From assembly GCA_009886115.1 (NCBI GenBank), contig VFJJ01000043.1, positions 1 to 64,000 of the forward strand: DNA of 64,000 nucleotides, written 5' to 3'. Made by a program: the position numbers and the translations under genes. Source of the stretch: Actinomycetota bacterium. Its GTDB lineage: Bacteria; Actinomycetota; Acidimicrobiia; IMCC26256; VFJJ01. The notes below the pieces were generated by a model. It had not been told where the DNA came from. It was given only the letters and a program-made list of their open reading frames with translations, and made no database searches. Positions 30,635 to 45,168 of this stretch are shown here, one piece after another; the stretch's first letter is position 1, and each line of letters starts with the position of its first letter.

Positions 30635-30757
30635 GAAAGCCTCGCTGGGGAAGGGGATGGACGGGTCGATGTCGGGGTGCAGCACGGGCGGCGCCCGGTG
30701 GGGCGGCTCGGCGCTGGCCCGCCATCAGGGACGGGATGTTATCGCCGCACACCTGAT

Positions 30758-32005
30758 TTATCGGCGTTCGTCGAGCGCGAGGTGCGCCCGAGCGTCGACG
30801 ACGAGGTCGTAGATCCGATCGGCCAGGGCCAGCTTGGACATGAGCGTCGTCTCCTCGACCCGTCCTGAGGGGTCGAGCAGGAGCGCCCGGTTGGTCTCGA
30901 CCTCGAAGCCGGCATCGGGTGCACTCACGTCATTGGCCACCATCAGGTCGACGTTCTTGCGCAACATCTTCTCGGTGGCGTGCCCTCGCACGTCGGTGGT
31001 CTCGGCAGCGAAGCCCACGAGGATCTGCCCGGGCCGCTTCGATGCGCCGAGCGCAGCCAGGATGTCGGGGGTCGGCTCGAGCACGACCCGAGGCGGGCCG
31101 CCCGCCTTCTTGATCTTCTGCTCGGCGACGGCGACGGGCCGGAAGTCGGCCACGGCCGCGGCCATCACCACGACGTCGACAGGGCCCATCCGCGCCATCA
31201 CGGCGTCGTGCATCTCCTGCGCCGACTCGACCTTCACCACCTCGGCTAGGGCGGGAACGGGCCGCTCCACCGTCGTGACGAGCACGACCCGAGCGCCTCG
31301 GTCGGCCGCCGCGTGCGCCAGCGCGTGGCCCATCTTCCCCGATGACCGGTTGCCGATGAAACGCACCGGGTCGATCGCCTCCCTGGTGCCGCCCGAGGTG
31401 ACGAGCACCGTGACACCCTCGAGGTCGCGACGGCCCGCGCGACTGCCGAGAATCGCCGCGATCGCCTCCACGATGCTCGCCGGTGAGGCCAGCCGACCGG
31501 CGCCCACGTCGCCTCCGGCGAGGCGGCCCTCTTCGGGCTCGACCACGTGCACACCCCGACGGCGCAGGGTGGCCAGGTTCTCCTGGACCGCGGGGTGCTC
31601 CCACATCTCGGTGTGCATCGCCGGGCACACAAGCACCGGCGCACGGGTCGCCAGGAGCGTCGCGCTCAGCAGGTCGTCGGAGATGCCGGCGGCGTACTTG
31701 CCAAGCAACTTGGCCGTCGCCGGAGCCACCACGACCAGATCGGCGGTCTGGCCGAGCCGCGTGTGCGGGATGGGCTCGGCGGTGTCGAACAGCGCCATCC
31801 GCACCGGCTCCGAGGCCAGCGCGGAGAAGGTGGTCGCACCCACGAAATGGAGGGCGTCAGCCGTGAGGACCGGCGCCACGTGCACGCCCGCGTCGACGAG
31901 TCGTCGACAGATCTCGACCGCCTTGTAGGCGGCGATACCGCCGCTGACACCGAGGACGACCCGGCGGCCGGCCAGCCGAGTGTCGCCGGCCGCGGACTCA
32001 CTCAT
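30758..32005 (-). CDS. coaBC: Phosphopantothenoylcysteine decarboxylase/ligase
   Basis: GGIAAYK, APATA, PAMHTEM, T.E.IDPVRFIGNRSSGKMG, GFAAET. Confidence 0.97.
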   Translation of the reverse strand: MSESAAGDTRLAGRRVVLGVSGGIAAYKAVEICRRLVDAGVHVAPVLTADALHFVGATTFSALASEPVRMALFDTAEPIPHTRLGQTADLVVVAPATAKLLGKYAAGISDDLLSATLLATRAPVLVCPAMHTEMWEHPAVQENLATLRRRGVHVVEPEEGRLAGGDVGAGRLASPASIVEAIAAILGSRAGRRDLEGVTVLVTSGGTREAIDPVRFIGNRSSGKMGHALAHAAADRGARVVLVTTVERPVPALAEVVKVESAQEMHDAVMARMGPVDVVVMAAAVADFRPVAVAEQKIKKAGGPPRVVLEPTPDILAALGASKRPGQILVGFAAETTDVRGHATEKMLRKNVDLMVANDVSAPDAGFEVETNRALLLDPSGRVEETTLMSKLALADRIYDLVVDARAHLALDERR

Positions 32006-32040
32006 GGGAGCCGTGCCGGAGCCGGAGGGCCCGTCGCCGC

Positions 32041-32322
32041 TCAGGCAGCCGGCTCTTGGCTGCCCTCGGCGACCGCAACCGGACGCTCGAAGGTGATCTT
32101 GTGCGCCTGGATCTCTTCCAGCGCGATCGACAGCGGCTTGCGCGACACCGAGGTGACCTGAGGCGGGACGATCGAGCCGAGACCGTCGCCCAGCTGGTTG
32201 AAGTACGAGTTGATCTGGCGGGCCCGGCGAGCGCTCACCGTCACCAGCGTGAACTTGGCGTCGACGGTGGCGAGCAACTCCTCCAGCACCGGCTCCATCA
32301 ACGAGGCTCGACGGTCGACCAC
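32041..32322 (-). CDS. rpoZ: RNA polymerase omega subunit
   Basis: KFTLV..SARRARQINSY, KPLSIALEEI; gmk-rpoZ-coaBC synteny. Confidence 0.93.
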   Translation of the reverse strand: MVDRRASLMEPVLEELLATVDAKFTLVTVSARRARQINSYFNQLGDGLGSIVPPQVTSVSRKPLSIALEEIQAHKITFERPVAVAEGSQEPAA

Positions 32323-32391
32323 TCAGGTTCCTCCAGGGTCATGGCCGGGCGGTGCAGCACCGCTCCCAGCCGAGGCCGGCCGCGCTCTGAC

Positions 32392-32964
32392 TCAGGTCCG
32401 GGCGCGGCGGTACCGCTCGACAATAGTCGCAACTTCGTCCACGGCCCGATCGAGGTCGTCATTGACGACGATGGCGTCGAATTCCCGCTCGGCGATGCGC
32501 TCCTCGTCGGCGGCACGGGCCAGGCGCCGATCGATGTCGGCCGGGTCGTCGCCCCGCAGACGCAGCCGGTCGTGTTGCACCTCGCGCGACGGCGGGCGCA
32601 GGAACACGAGCAGGGCCTCGGGGTATCGGCGCCGGATGGCCTGAGCTCCCTTGACGTCGACCTCGAGCACGACGTCGGCCCCGTCGGCCAGCTGACGTTC
32701 GACCCACGGTCGCGGGGTGCCCTTCAGATCGCCGAACACCTCGAACCATTCGACGAAGCCGTCGGCGGCGATGCGCCGACGGAACTCGGCATCGTCGATG
32801 AAGAAATAATCGCGGCCCTCGACCTCGTCGGGGCGGGGTGGCCGGGTCGTGGCCGACACGCTCACGCAGAGCGTGGGGTCATGCTCGAGAAGGCGCCGCA
32901 CCACCGTGCCCTTGCCGGTCCCCGAGGGGCCGGCGACCACGATCAGCACGGCGGAGGGCGCCAC
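32392..32964 (-). CDS. gmk: Guanylate kinase
   Basis: GPSGTGKGT, SATTRPPR, EVDVKGA, FLRPPS. Confidence 0.96.
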   Translation of the reverse strand: MAPSAVLIVVAGPSGTGKGTVVRRLLEHDPTLCVSVSATTRPPRPDEVEGRDYFFIDDAEFRRRIAADGFVEWFEVFGDLKGTPRPWVERQLADGADVVLEVDVKGAQAIRRRYPEALLVFLRPPSREVQHDRLRLRGDDPADIDRRLARAADEERIAEREFDAIVVNDDLDRAVDEVATIVERYRRART

Positions 32965-32993
32965 TCGATACGGATTCCGCCGTTCGACGGGCC

Positions 32994-33317
32994 TCAGCCC
33001 TCGCCGCCGAAGCGGGCGAGCAGGGCGCGTCGCTGGTTCTGCCCGAGGCCCCGGACCCGCCGGGTGTCGCTGATCTCGAGCTCCTCCATGATGCGGCGGG
33101 CCTTGACCTTGCCCACGCCGGGCAGCGACTCGAGGACGGTCACCACCTTGATCTTGGCGACGACATCGTCGCCATCGGACCGGCCGAGCAGCTCGCTCAG
33201 GGTGATGGAACCCATCTTGAGCTTCTCCTTGAGCTCGGCACGGGCCCGACGGGCAGCCGCGGCCTTGTCGAGGGCAGCTTGGCGCTGCTCAGGGCTGAGC
33301 GTGGGCGGCAACGGCAT
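32994..33317 (-). CDS. mihF: Actinobacterial integration host factor (mIHF)
   Basis: LSPEQRQAALDKAAAARRARAELK, LESLPGVGKVKA, RRVRGLGQNQ. Confidence 0.95.
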   Translation of the reverse strand: MPLPPTLSPEQRQAALDKAAAARRARAELKEKLKMGSITLSELLGRSDGDDVVAKIKVVTVLESLPGVGKVKARRIMEELEISDTRRVRGLGQNQRRALLARFGGEG

Positions 33318-33361
33318 GGGTTTCCTCCGAGGGTTCGGTGCGGCCGGCAGGCCACACCTCC

Positions 33362-33396
33362 GTGAGATCGGTGAGATCGGTGAGATCGGTGAGATC
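33362..33396. repeat. 9-bp tandem repeat (GTGAGATCG)x4 in the mIHF 5' region
   Basis: Read directly; lies between a TATACT -10-like hexamer (33448-33443) and the mIHF start. Confidence 0.9.
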
Positions 33397-33482
33397 AATC
33401 TGCCATCGCGGGAGCGTGGTCTCGCGCCAGCACGGCGCCGCGAGTATACGCAGCGCTGCGACTTTGCCCGGTTCGGGCCCGG

Positions 33483-34199
33483 TCAGCACGGTGTGGTGCG
33501 AGCCTCGACGTCGGCGTGCACCGCGGCCGCGGCCCGGGCCGGATCGGGGGCGTGGGTCACCGTTCGCCCGATGACGAGCAGGCTCGCTCCCGCGGCGATG
33601 GCACTCGCTGGCGTGGCCACGCGGGCTTGGTCGTGCGCCTCGTCACCGGCGAGGCGGATGCCGGGCACGACCGTCGTGAGGCCGGGGGCGAGCCGGGCGA
33701 CGGCCGAGAGCTCGTGGGCGCTGCAGACCACGCCACCACAGCCGGCATCCATGGCCCAGCCGAGGCGGGACCCGAAGGCCGACGTGTCGACGTCGCTCGT
33801 GAGGACGGTGACGCCGAGCACGCAGCGATCGTCACCGAACCCATCGACCGCCGCCTCGAGCATGGCCACACCGCCGGCCGTGTGCACGGTGAGGTAGTCG
33901 GCGCCCACGTGGGCCGCCGCAGCGGCAGCCCGCCCGACGGTGGTGGGGATGTCGTGCAGCTTGAGGTCGAGGAACACCCTGAAACCCATGTCCTGCAAGG
34001 CGTGCACGGCCGTCGGACCAGCGGCCGTGAAGAGCTCGAGGCCCACCTTGGCGACGCCGAACCAGGGCTGCAGCGCGCCCGCCAAGGCGAGCGCCTCGTC
34101 GAGCGCGGTCACGTCGAGCACCAGCGCGAGGCGCTCGCTCGTGGTCGTGGTCGGTGTGGGCCTGGCCGGTGTGGGCCTGGCGGCCGAGGTGTCCGTCAT
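33483..34199 (-). CDS. pyrF: Orotidine-5'-phosphate decarboxylase
   Basis: KVGLEL, FLDLKLHDIPTTV, VTVLTS, VPGIR, IGR. Confidence 0.96.
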   Translation of the reverse strand: MTDTSAARPTPARPTPTTTTSERLALVLDVTALDEALALAGALQPWFGVAKVGLELFTAAGPTAVHALQDMGFRVFLDLKLHDIPTTVGRAAAAAAHVGADYLTVHTAGGVAMLEAAVDGFGDDRCVLGVTVLTSDVDTSAFGSRLGWAMDAGCGGVVCSAHELSAVARLAPGLTTVVPGIRLAGDEAHDQARVATPASAIAAGASLLVIGRTVTHAPDPARAAAAVHADVEARTTPC

Positions 34200-35167
34200 G
34201 GGTGCACTCCTCCGGTGAGCTCCGCTACGGACGGGAATCCTCGGTCCCGGCAGAAGCTGAGGAGCTCGGTCGTGATCTTCAACGGCGCCTTGGGGTCGCG
34301 GAAGGTGGCCGTCCCCACTCCCACAGCCGCAGCCCCCGCCAGCATCAGCTCGGCTGCATCCCGTCCCGAGGCCACACCACCGGTCCCGACGATCGGAACG
34401 CCCGGTCGTCGTGCCCAGACCTCGTGGACGGACCGCACCGCCACGGGCTTGATGGCCGGTCCCGAGAGGCCACCGCTGCGGTTGGCGATGCGGTACGAAC
34501 GCGTCTCGGGGTCGATCGCCATACCCAGCACGGTGTTGACGAGCGTGAGCCCGCAGGCGCCGGCATCGACGGCAGCCTCGGCGACATCGGGGAGCTCCCA
34601 CGTGTTGGGAGAGAGCTTGGCCAGGACCGGGAGCGGGGCAACGGCCGCGACCACGCCGGCGACCACCTCGGCCGTGGCCTCGCGTGAGTGGGCGAACATG
34701 TGGCTGGCCGATTCGAGGTTGGGGCAGCTCAGGTTGACCTCGAGCGCTACGAGCCTCCCGGCCGCCGCCGAGACGGCCTGCGCCGCAGCGACGTACTCGT
34801 CGATGCTGCGGCCCCAGATGCTGGCGATCACCCGGGCGCCGAGCGCTTCGAGGTCGGGGAGCTCATGGGCGATCCAGTAGGCCACGCCCGGGTTCTGGAG
34901 GCCGACGGCGTTGAGCATGCCGGCCGTGGCCTCGTGCACCCTCGGGGCCGGGTTGCCGGCCCAGGCGAACGACGACAGTGACTTCACCGTGACCGCGCCG
35001 AGCCGCCGGGGATCGCACAGCCGGGCCACCTCGGCCCCATGACCGAACGTCCCCGATGCCGCGATCACCGGATGGGGCAGGCGGATCGGACCGATCGACA
35101 CCGCTGGGTCGACGGACGCCGACGACCTACCCGAACGAGGACGGCGACGCCGCAGGCCCGGCATCAC
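34196..35167 (-). CDS. pyrD: Dihydroorotate dehydrogenase, family 1 catalytic subunit
   Basis: ASGTFG, GN..PR, NAVGLQNPG, NLSCPN, KLSPN, GGLSG..IKP. Start uncertain. Confidence 0.93.
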   Translation of the reverse strand: MMPGLRRRRPRSGRSSASVDPAVSIGPIRLPHPVIAASGTFGHGAEVARLCDPRRLGAVTVKSLSSFAWAGNPAPRVHEATAGMLNAVGLQNPGVAYWIAHELPDLEALGARVIASIWGRSIDEYVAAAQAVSAAAGRLVALEVNLSCPNLESASHMFAHSREATAEVVAGVVAAVAPLPVLAKLSPNTWELPDVAEAAVDAGACGLTLVNTVLGMAIDPETRSYRIANRSGGLSGPAIKPVAVRSVHEVWARRPGVPIVGTGGVASGRDAAELMLAGAAAVGVGTATFRDPKAPLKITTELLSFCRDRGFPSVAELTGGVHP

Positions 35168-35191
35168 CGGGTCGCCATCACCGGGTGGCCA

Positions 35192-38488
<3,297 letters not shown>

Positions 38489-38494
38489 CTCGTC

Positions 38495-39664
38495 TCAGGC
38501 CTTGCTCGAGGTCATCAGGTCGACGAACTCGTCGAAGAGATACGCGGCGTCGTGCGGTCCGGGACCGGCTTCGGGGTGATACTGCACGCTGAACGCCGGC
38601 ACGTCGGTGACCCGCATCCCCTCCACCGTGCGGTCGTTGAGGTTCAGGTGCGTCACCACCGCCCGCTCGGCGATGGAGTCGGGGTCGACGCAGTAGTTGT
38701 GGTTCTGGGCGGTGACCTCGACCCGTCCGCTCGCCAGGTGCGACACCGGGTGGTTGCCCCCGTGATGACCGAACGGGAGCTTGTAGGTGCGGCCACCGAT
38801 GGCACGCGACAGGAGCTGATGTCCGAGGCAGATCCCGAACACCGGAACCTCACCGAGGAGCCCCTCGATCGTGGTCACCGCTCCGGCGACCGCGGCCGGA
38901 TCACCCGGGCCGTTGCTGAGGAAGACGCCGTCCGGTCCGCGGGCCAGGATCTCGGCTGCGGTCATCGCGGCCGGCACGACCTCGACGTCGCAGCCGACCC
39001 GGGTGAGATGGCGCAGGATCGTGCGCTTGATGCCGTAGTCGACGGCCACGACGCGCAGACGACCGTCGAGCCCGGCGCCCGATCGGTAGGGCACCGTGGT
39101 CGAGACCAGCGAAGCCAGGTCGCAGCCGTCGGTGCCGCCGTCGGCCACCGCCGCGGCCTGCAGGGTTGCGGCGTCGCCCGTCCCGAAGGCGCCCGGGATG
39201 GCGCCGGCGTCGCGGAGGTGGCGCGTGAGTCGACGGGTGTCGATGCCGGTGATGGCCGGGATCCGTTGGCGCGACAGGAACTGCGCCAGGGATTCGGTGC
39301 TGCGCCAGTTGCTGGGCATGCGGGCGAGGTCGCGAACGATGGCGCCCCGCACATGGGTGCGCGATGCCTCGTCGTCGTCGGGGTTGGTTCCGTAGTTGCC
39401 GATGTGCGGATAGGTGAACGTGACGATCTGACCGGCGTACGACGGGTCGGTGAGGATCTCCTGATACCCCGAGAGCGCCGTGTTGAACACGACCTCGCCG
39501 ACCCCGGCGACCGCCGTCCCACGACCGTCGCTGCCGTCGGAGGCCGGGTCGTCGTCGACGTCGTCGCCGGGCAGCCAGCCGCACAGCTCGCCCTCGAAGC
39601 TCTCGCCGTCGGCCAGCACGAGCTGTCCCGGTACGATCCGGTTGTCGGCGGTGTACGTGCTCAT
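38495..39664 (-). CDS. carA: Carbamoyl-phosphate synthase small subunit
   Basis: GEVVFNT..SGYQE..TDPSY, SNGPGDP, GICLGHQ, QYHPE. Confidence 0.97.
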   Translation of the reverse strand: MSTYTADNRIVPGQLVLADGESFEGELCGWLPGDDVDDDPASDGSDGRGTAVAGVGEVVFNTALSGYQEILTDPSYAGQIVTFTYPHIGNYGTNPDDDEASRTHVRGAIVRDLARMPSNWRSTESLAQFLSRQRIPAITGIDTRRLTRHLRDAGAIPGAFGTGDAATLQAAAVADGGTDGCDLASLVSTTVPYRSGAGLDGRLRVVAVDYGIKRTILRHLTRVGCDVEVVPAAMTAAEILARGPDGVFLSNGPGDPAAVAGAVTTIEGLLGEVPVFGICLGHQLLSRAIGGRTYKLPFGHHGGNHPVSHLASGRVEVTAQNHNYCVDPDSIAERAVVTHLNLNDRTVEGMRVTDVPAFSVQYHPEAGPGPHDAAYLFDEFVDLMTSSKA

Positions 39665-41022
39665 CGGGTCACCTCCCCGTCGATCACGACGGCCTCGCCG
39701 AGCACGATGGTGTGGCGGACCTTCCCGGTGAGCTTGCGCCCGTGGTACGGCGTGTTCGTGGCCCTCGAAGCCAGGGCCAACGCGTCGACCTCCCATGCGT
39801 GGCTGGGGTCGAAGATGCACAGGTTGGCGGGCCGGCCCTCGGCAACCGGTCCGCCGTGGGTCTCGGCCAGTCCGGCGATGCGGGCCGGATTCCACGACAG
39901 GAGGGCCAGGGCCCGCTGCAGCGTGATCACCCCCGGCTCGACCAGCTCGGTGAGGGTCAGCGCCAACGCGGTCTCCAGTCCCAGCATGCCCGAGGGGGCT
40001 TCGTCGAACGGACGGTCCTTGGCCTCGGCCGGGTGGGGGGCGTGGTCGGTGGCGATCACGTCGATCGTCCCGTCAGCCAGGCCCCGCTTGATGGCGGCGA
40101 TGTCGTCGGCGGTTCGTAGTGGCGGGTTCACCTTGAACACCGGGTCGTAGGAGGCGCAGCATTCGTCGGTGAGCGTGAAGTGGTGCGGTGTGGCCTCGGC
40201 GGTGACCCGGCGGCCGGCGAGCTTCGCCACCCTGACGATGTCGACCGACTCGGCCGCCGAGAGGTGCTGGAAGTGCACGACCCCGCCGGTCATCCGGGCC
40301 AGGACGATGTCGCGGTGCACGATGAGCGCCTCCGCCTCCGACGGGCGCCCGCCGATGCCCAGGCGGGCCGACCAGGCTCCCTCGTGCATGTGGCCCCCCT
40401 TGACCAGGGCTGGGTCCTCGGCGTGCTGAGCGATGACCGCGCCCGGGAAGGCGGTTGCGTACTCGAGCGCCCGTCGCATCACCTGGGAATCGCCGAGGCA
40501 GGTTCCGTCGTCGGTGAAGATCCTCACCCCGATGTCGTAGAGCTCGCCGATGGGCGCCAGGTGCTCGCCCAGCCGGCCGACGGTGATCGCGGCCGCGGTG
40601 TGCACGTCGCACACCGCCCGCCGTCCCTGCTCGAGCACGTAACGGGCCGTGCCCACGTTGTCGATGGCCGGATCGGTGTTGGGCATGGCCACCACCGCCG
40701 TGTACCCGCCGCGCACCGCGGCCCGGGAGCCCGATTCGATGGTCTCGGCCTCTTCCATCCCCGGTTCGCGGAGGTGGGTGTGCACGTCGACGAGGCCGGG
40801 AGCGACCACGCAGCCCGAGGCGTCGAGGACGATGGTCGCCGCGCTCTCGGGTGCCAACGACTCGCCGACCTCGACGATGACGCCGTTGCGGACACGGACG
40901 TCGGCGCGCCGCTCCCCCGTCTCGTCGACGATCCGTCCGCCCCGCACGACGATCTCGGCAAGCTCGGCCGGCGATGAGCGTCCGAGGTCTCCTGCCCCTG
41001 CAGCGCGGGCATGCACGGTCAT
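39661..41022 (-). CDS. pyrC: Dihydroorotase
   Basis: [32 protein letters not shown]. Confidence 0.96.
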   Translation of the reverse strand: MTVHARAAGAGDLGRSSPAELAEIVVRGGRIVDETGERRADVRVRNGVIVEVGESLAPESAATIVLDASGCVVAPGLVDVHTHLREPGMEEAETIESGSRAAVRGGYTAVVAMPNTDPAIDNVGTARYVLEQGRRAVCDVHTAAAITVGRLGEHLAPIGELYDIGVRIFTDDGTCLGDSQVMRRALEYATAFPGAVIAQHAEDPALVKGGHMHEGAWSARLGIGGRPSEAEALIVHRDIVLARMTGGVVHFQHLSAAESVDIVRVAKLAGRRVTAEATPHHFTLTDECCASYDPVFKVNPPLRTADDIAAIKRGLADGTIDVIATDHAPHPAEAKDRPFDEAPSGMLGLETALALTLTELVEPGVITLQRALALLSWNPARIAGLAETHGGPVAEGRPANLCIFDPSHAWEVDALALASRATNTPYHGRKLTGKVRHTIVLGEAVVIDGEVTR

Positions 41023-42019
41023 CGTGATGCTCCTTGTCCGGTGACGTCACGGGTTCCGGCGGCTCCGGTGGCCGTGCCGGCCCCGGCGGCTCGGGAACCA
41101 CCACCGGCACCGGCGTCGCCGGCCAGCAGCTTGAACAGGACCCCCATGCGCACGGCCACGCCGTTCGAGACCTGCTCGAGGATGAGCGAGCGGGGAGAAT
41201 CGGCGACGGCCGAGGAGATCTCCACGCCCCGGTTCATCGGGCCCGGGTGCATCACCAGCACGTCGGGCTTGAGGCGCGCTGCACGCTCGTCGGTGAGACC
41301 CCACCGGGCCGTGTACTCCCGCAGCGTCGGGAAGAGCGCCGCGTCCTGGCGCTCGCGCTGGATGCGCAGCAGGTACACGACATCGGTGTCGCACAACGCG
41401 TCGTCGAGATCGTGGGTGATCGTGACCGGCCAGCCCTCGGTCGCCCCCGGCAGCAGCGTCGGCGGTCCGCACACCGTGACCTGCGCCCCCAGCGTCGTGA
41501 GCACGTGCACGTCGCTCCGGGCGACCCTGGAGTGCTTGACGTCACCGGCGATCAGCACGCGGAGACCGTCGAGCGACGGGCCCCGGTGGCGACGCAGCGT
41601 GAACGCGTCGAGCAGGGCCTGGGTCGGATGGCCGTGCCAGCCGTCACCGGCGTTGACGACGCTGGCGTTCACCCAGCCGGCCACCCGGTGCGGCGCACCC
41701 GACGACGAGTGGCGCACGACGATGGCGTCGGCGCCCATGGCCTCGACCGTCTGCGCCGTGTCCTTCAAGCTCTCTCCCTTCTTCACCGACGACGTGCTCA
41801 CCGAGAACGACAGGGTGTCGGCCGAGAGGCGCTTGGCGGCGGTCTCGAAGGAGAGCTTCGTGCGGGTGGAATCCTCGAAGAACATCGTGGCCACCGTGCG
41901 GCCCCGCAACGCCGGGACTTTCGCGATGTCGCGCTGCGTGACCTCGAGGAAGGAGTCGGCGAGGTCGAGGAGCTCTTCGATGTCGGCCCTGGTGAGGTCC
42001 TCGACGCCCAGGAGGTGCT

Positions 42020-42023
<4 letters not shown>
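41019..42023 (-). CDS. pyrB: Aspartate carbamoyltransferase
   Basis: [29 protein letters not shown]. Confidence 0.97.
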
Positions 42024-42712
<689 letters not shown>

Positions 42713-42725
42713 GGTGGATCCTCCG

Positions 42726-42752
42726 TCGCGGTCTCTCGGGACCACCGTTAAC
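42726..42752 (-). promoter_or_regulatory. PyrR-binding RNA loop next to the pyrR RBS
   Basis: Minus strand GTTAACGGTGGTCCCGAGAGACCGCG resembles the UUUAA...ARUCCNGNGAGGYU consensus. Confidence 0.75.
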
Positions 42753-42906
42753 GGGTCGAAACAGACGAGCCGACTTTAGCGAGCGCCCGCGGCCCAGGCT
42801 CGGATCGATCCGGGGTACGCGTCCGCGTGCCCCAGACCTCACACCAGCGGAACACCTGTCGCTCAACCGCATCTCTGCCCGTTGAGCGACAGGTGCTCGA
42901 TGGGGT

Positions 42907-43509
42907 TCAGCTCATGAGGGCGTCGAGGAGGGCGCCTTGGACCATGGTGAGCCAGGCGTAGATGGCGAATGGCGCGGTCTCTGGATCGTCGGGATCGAGA
43001 TCGTCGTCGTTGCTGTCCTCGGTCACGCCGAGGACCGTTCCGAGGGCCAGGCGAGCGTCGTTCAGAACGCCCAGCCAGGCCTGCGTCTCGTCGGGGCTGA
43101 GCTCGAGCTCGACGAGGCCGCCGGGCCTGGTGATGGCCCGTTCGAGCGTCACCGACACCAGCGAGAGCGCGGCTAGGCGCTCGCGCACGAGATCCTCGTG
43201 CACGAGCCGCTGGAACTCGGTCTCGGCTTCCTCCTCGGTGGGATCGAGGTAGGCCCGGGGGAACAGGCGGGCGAAGATCGGGTCGACCGGCCGTGGCGCG
43301 TCCAGCGCGTCGGGGGTGTTCTGCGCATCAGGGTCACCCGGTGTCGCAGGGGCATCCGACCCGCCGGCCTCGTCGGGAGCAGCCGCGGCCATTGCACCGC
43401 CGACGACCTGTTGCAGCTCGCCGGGAAGGCGGTTCAGGAGCTCGCGCTCCTCCGACAGCATCCGTACCAGCACGAAACCGTTGCGGAGGAGCTTGAAGCG
43501 CCGGGCCAT
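42907..43509 (-). CDS. DUF2017-family protein
   Basis: RLFPRAY.D, WLGVLNDARL.LG..L, YAWLT..Q; directly downstream of clpS as in Actinobacteria. Confidence 0.85.
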   Translation of the reverse strand: MARRFKLLRNGFVLVRMLSEERELLNRLPGELQQVVGGAMAAAAPDEAGGSDAPATPGDPDAQNTPDALDAPRPVDPIFARLFPRAYLDPTEEEAETEFQRLVHEDLVRERLAALSLVSVTLERAITRPGGLVELELSPDETQAWLGVLNDARLALGTVLGVTEDSNDDDLDPDDPETAPFAIYAWLTMVQGALLDALMS

Positions 43510-43515
43510 GACGGC

Positions 43516-43833
43516 CTAGGAGTCCTTCTGCATCGTCGCCCACAGGCCGTGTGCGTGCAGCCGGGACACATCGGCCTCGGCCTTCTCGCGGGCGCCCGAC
43601 GACACCACGGCCTTGCCGAGGTGGTGCACGTCGAGCATCAGCTTGGTGGCCTTCTCGCGCGAGTAGCCGAACAGCTTCTGGAGCACGAAGACCACGTACG
43701 ACATGAGGTTGACGGGGTCGTTCCAGACGATGACGATCCAGGGCACGTCGGGCGTGACGACGTCGTCGACGATCGGCTCGTCGATCTCGACGGGCGCGAT
43801 CGTCGCCACCGCCTCACCCATCGGCACCGTCAC
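43516..43833 (-). CDS. clpS: Clp protease adaptor
   Basis: [27 protein letters not shown]. Confidence 0.95.
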   Translation of the reverse strand: MTVPMGEAVATIAPVEIDEPIVDDVVTPDVPWIVIVWNDPVNLMSYVVFVLQKLFGYSREKATKLMLDVHHLGKAVVSSGAREKAEADVSRLHAHGLWATMQKDS

Positions 43834-44426
43834 CCATCCTCACCGTCACCCGCGATCTCCAACTGGGAGCCCTCCGACAGCGCACCCTCCGACAGCGCAC
43901 CCTCCGACAACACACCCTCCTGCAGCACGCCCTCGAGCACCACGCCCTCCAGCACGGCGCCCTCGGGCACCTCGACGAGGGCGGGACGAGGCAGCTCGAT
44001 CACATCCGGTACGTCGGGCAGCTCGCCCCGACCCTCGGGACGCACCTGATCGGCGATCCGGGCCAGGAGCCCGTTCACGAACCGGCCGGAGCCGTCGGTC
44101 GAGTACTGCTTGGCCAACTCGACGGCCTCGGTGATGACCACCGCGACAGGGATCTCGGGACGATGGCACAGCTCGTAGCAACCGATCCGCAACAGGTTGC
44201 GATCGACGACAGGCATCCGGTCGACGCTCCATCGCTCGGCGAAGCGCCCGATGAGCGCGTCGATCTCGACCCGGTGCTCGTCGATCCCCCTGACGAGGTC
44301 GTCGGCGTAGGGATCGGCCGCGACCGGGAGCGCGTCGAGCACCGTGGCCGCCGACGAGCTGCGGATGTCCTGCTCGTAGCACAGCGACAGCGCACGTTCT
44401 CGTGACTCTCGCCTCGTCCGCAACAC
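43830..44426 (-). CDS. nusB: Transcription antitermination factor with repetitive C-terminal extension
   Basis: [37 protein letters not shown]. Confidence 0.93.
   Translation of the reverse strand: MLRTRRESRERALSLCYEQDIRSSSAATVLDALPVAADPYADDLVRGIDEHRVEIDALIGRFAERWSVDRMPVVDRNLLRIGCYELCHRPEIPVAVVITEAVELAKQYSTDGSGRFVNGLLARIADQVRPEGRGELPDVPDVIELPRPALVEVPEGAVLEGVVLEGVLQEGVLSEGALSEGALSEGSQLEIAGDGEDG
43870..43974. repeat. About 7 degenerate 15-bp units encoding xLxEG pentapeptides in the NusB tail
   Basis: CCCTCCGACAGCGCA x2 followed by degenerate copies. Confidence 0.85.
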
Positions 44427-44539
44427 GTCGTCTCGTCTCTCTCGATGGTGTGCCCCGGCCTCGCCCGGGCGCAGGGCTGGCTCGCCCAGTGCCCGCCCAG
44501 TGCCCGCCCATGGCGGGCCCATGCCGGGCCGCTGAGCGG

Positions 44540-45103
44540 TCAGGCCCGGCTCATGTACTCCCCGGACCGGGTGTCGACCTTGATCCGCTCGCCGGGACCG
44601 ACGAACAGCGGCACCTGGAGCACCAGCCCGGTCTCGAGGGTCGCGGGCTTGCGGGCCCCCGAGACGCGGTCGCCCTGCACACCGGGCTCGGTCTGGGCGA
44701 TGTTGAGCTCGACCGACGCCGGCAGCTCGGTCCCGACGATCTCGCCGTTGTAGAACGCCATCTCGATCATCGAGGTCTCGACGATGTAGTTCACAGAGTC
44801 GCCCAGCACGGCGGCGTCGACCTCGGTCTGGTCGAAGGTCTCGGTGTCCATCATCACGAAGTTGATGCCGTCCCGGTACAGGTACTGCATCTCGCGCCGC
44901 TCGATGTGGGCCTGGTCGACCTTCTCGTCGGCCCTGAAGGTGCGTTCGATCACGGCGCCAGAGCGGAAGTTCTTGAGCTTGGTGCGCACGAACGCCCCGC
45001 CCTTGCCCGGCTTGAAGTGCTGGAACTCGACCACGCTCATGAGGCCCTCGGACAGGTTGAGGATCATGCCGTTCTTCAGGTCGTTGGTGGAGACATTGGC
45101 CAT
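44540..45103 (-). CDS. efp: Elongation factor P
   Basis: KPGKGGAFVR, PGVQGDR, KPATLETG, VPLF, DTR.GEY. Confidence 0.98.
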   Translation of the reverse strand: MANVSTNDLKNGMILNLSEGLMSVVEFQHFKPGKGGAFVRTKLKNFRSGAVIERTFRADEKVDQAHIERREMQYLYRDGINFVMMDTETFDQTEVDAAVLGDSVNYIVETSMIEMAFYNGEIVGTELPASVELNIAQTEPGVQGDRVSGARKPATLETGLVLQVPLFVGPGERIKVDTRSGEYMSRA

Positions 45104-45168
45104 GGGAGCGCTTTCTCAGGTGTGCAGACAGGACGGGATCGCATCGAGCCGGGGGCCGCTCGAACGCC

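Noticed and set aside
30635..30757. SAM riboswitch upstream of metK
   Set aside because: No recognisable SAM-I/IV core motifs; only a TAACAT -10-like hexamer is seen.
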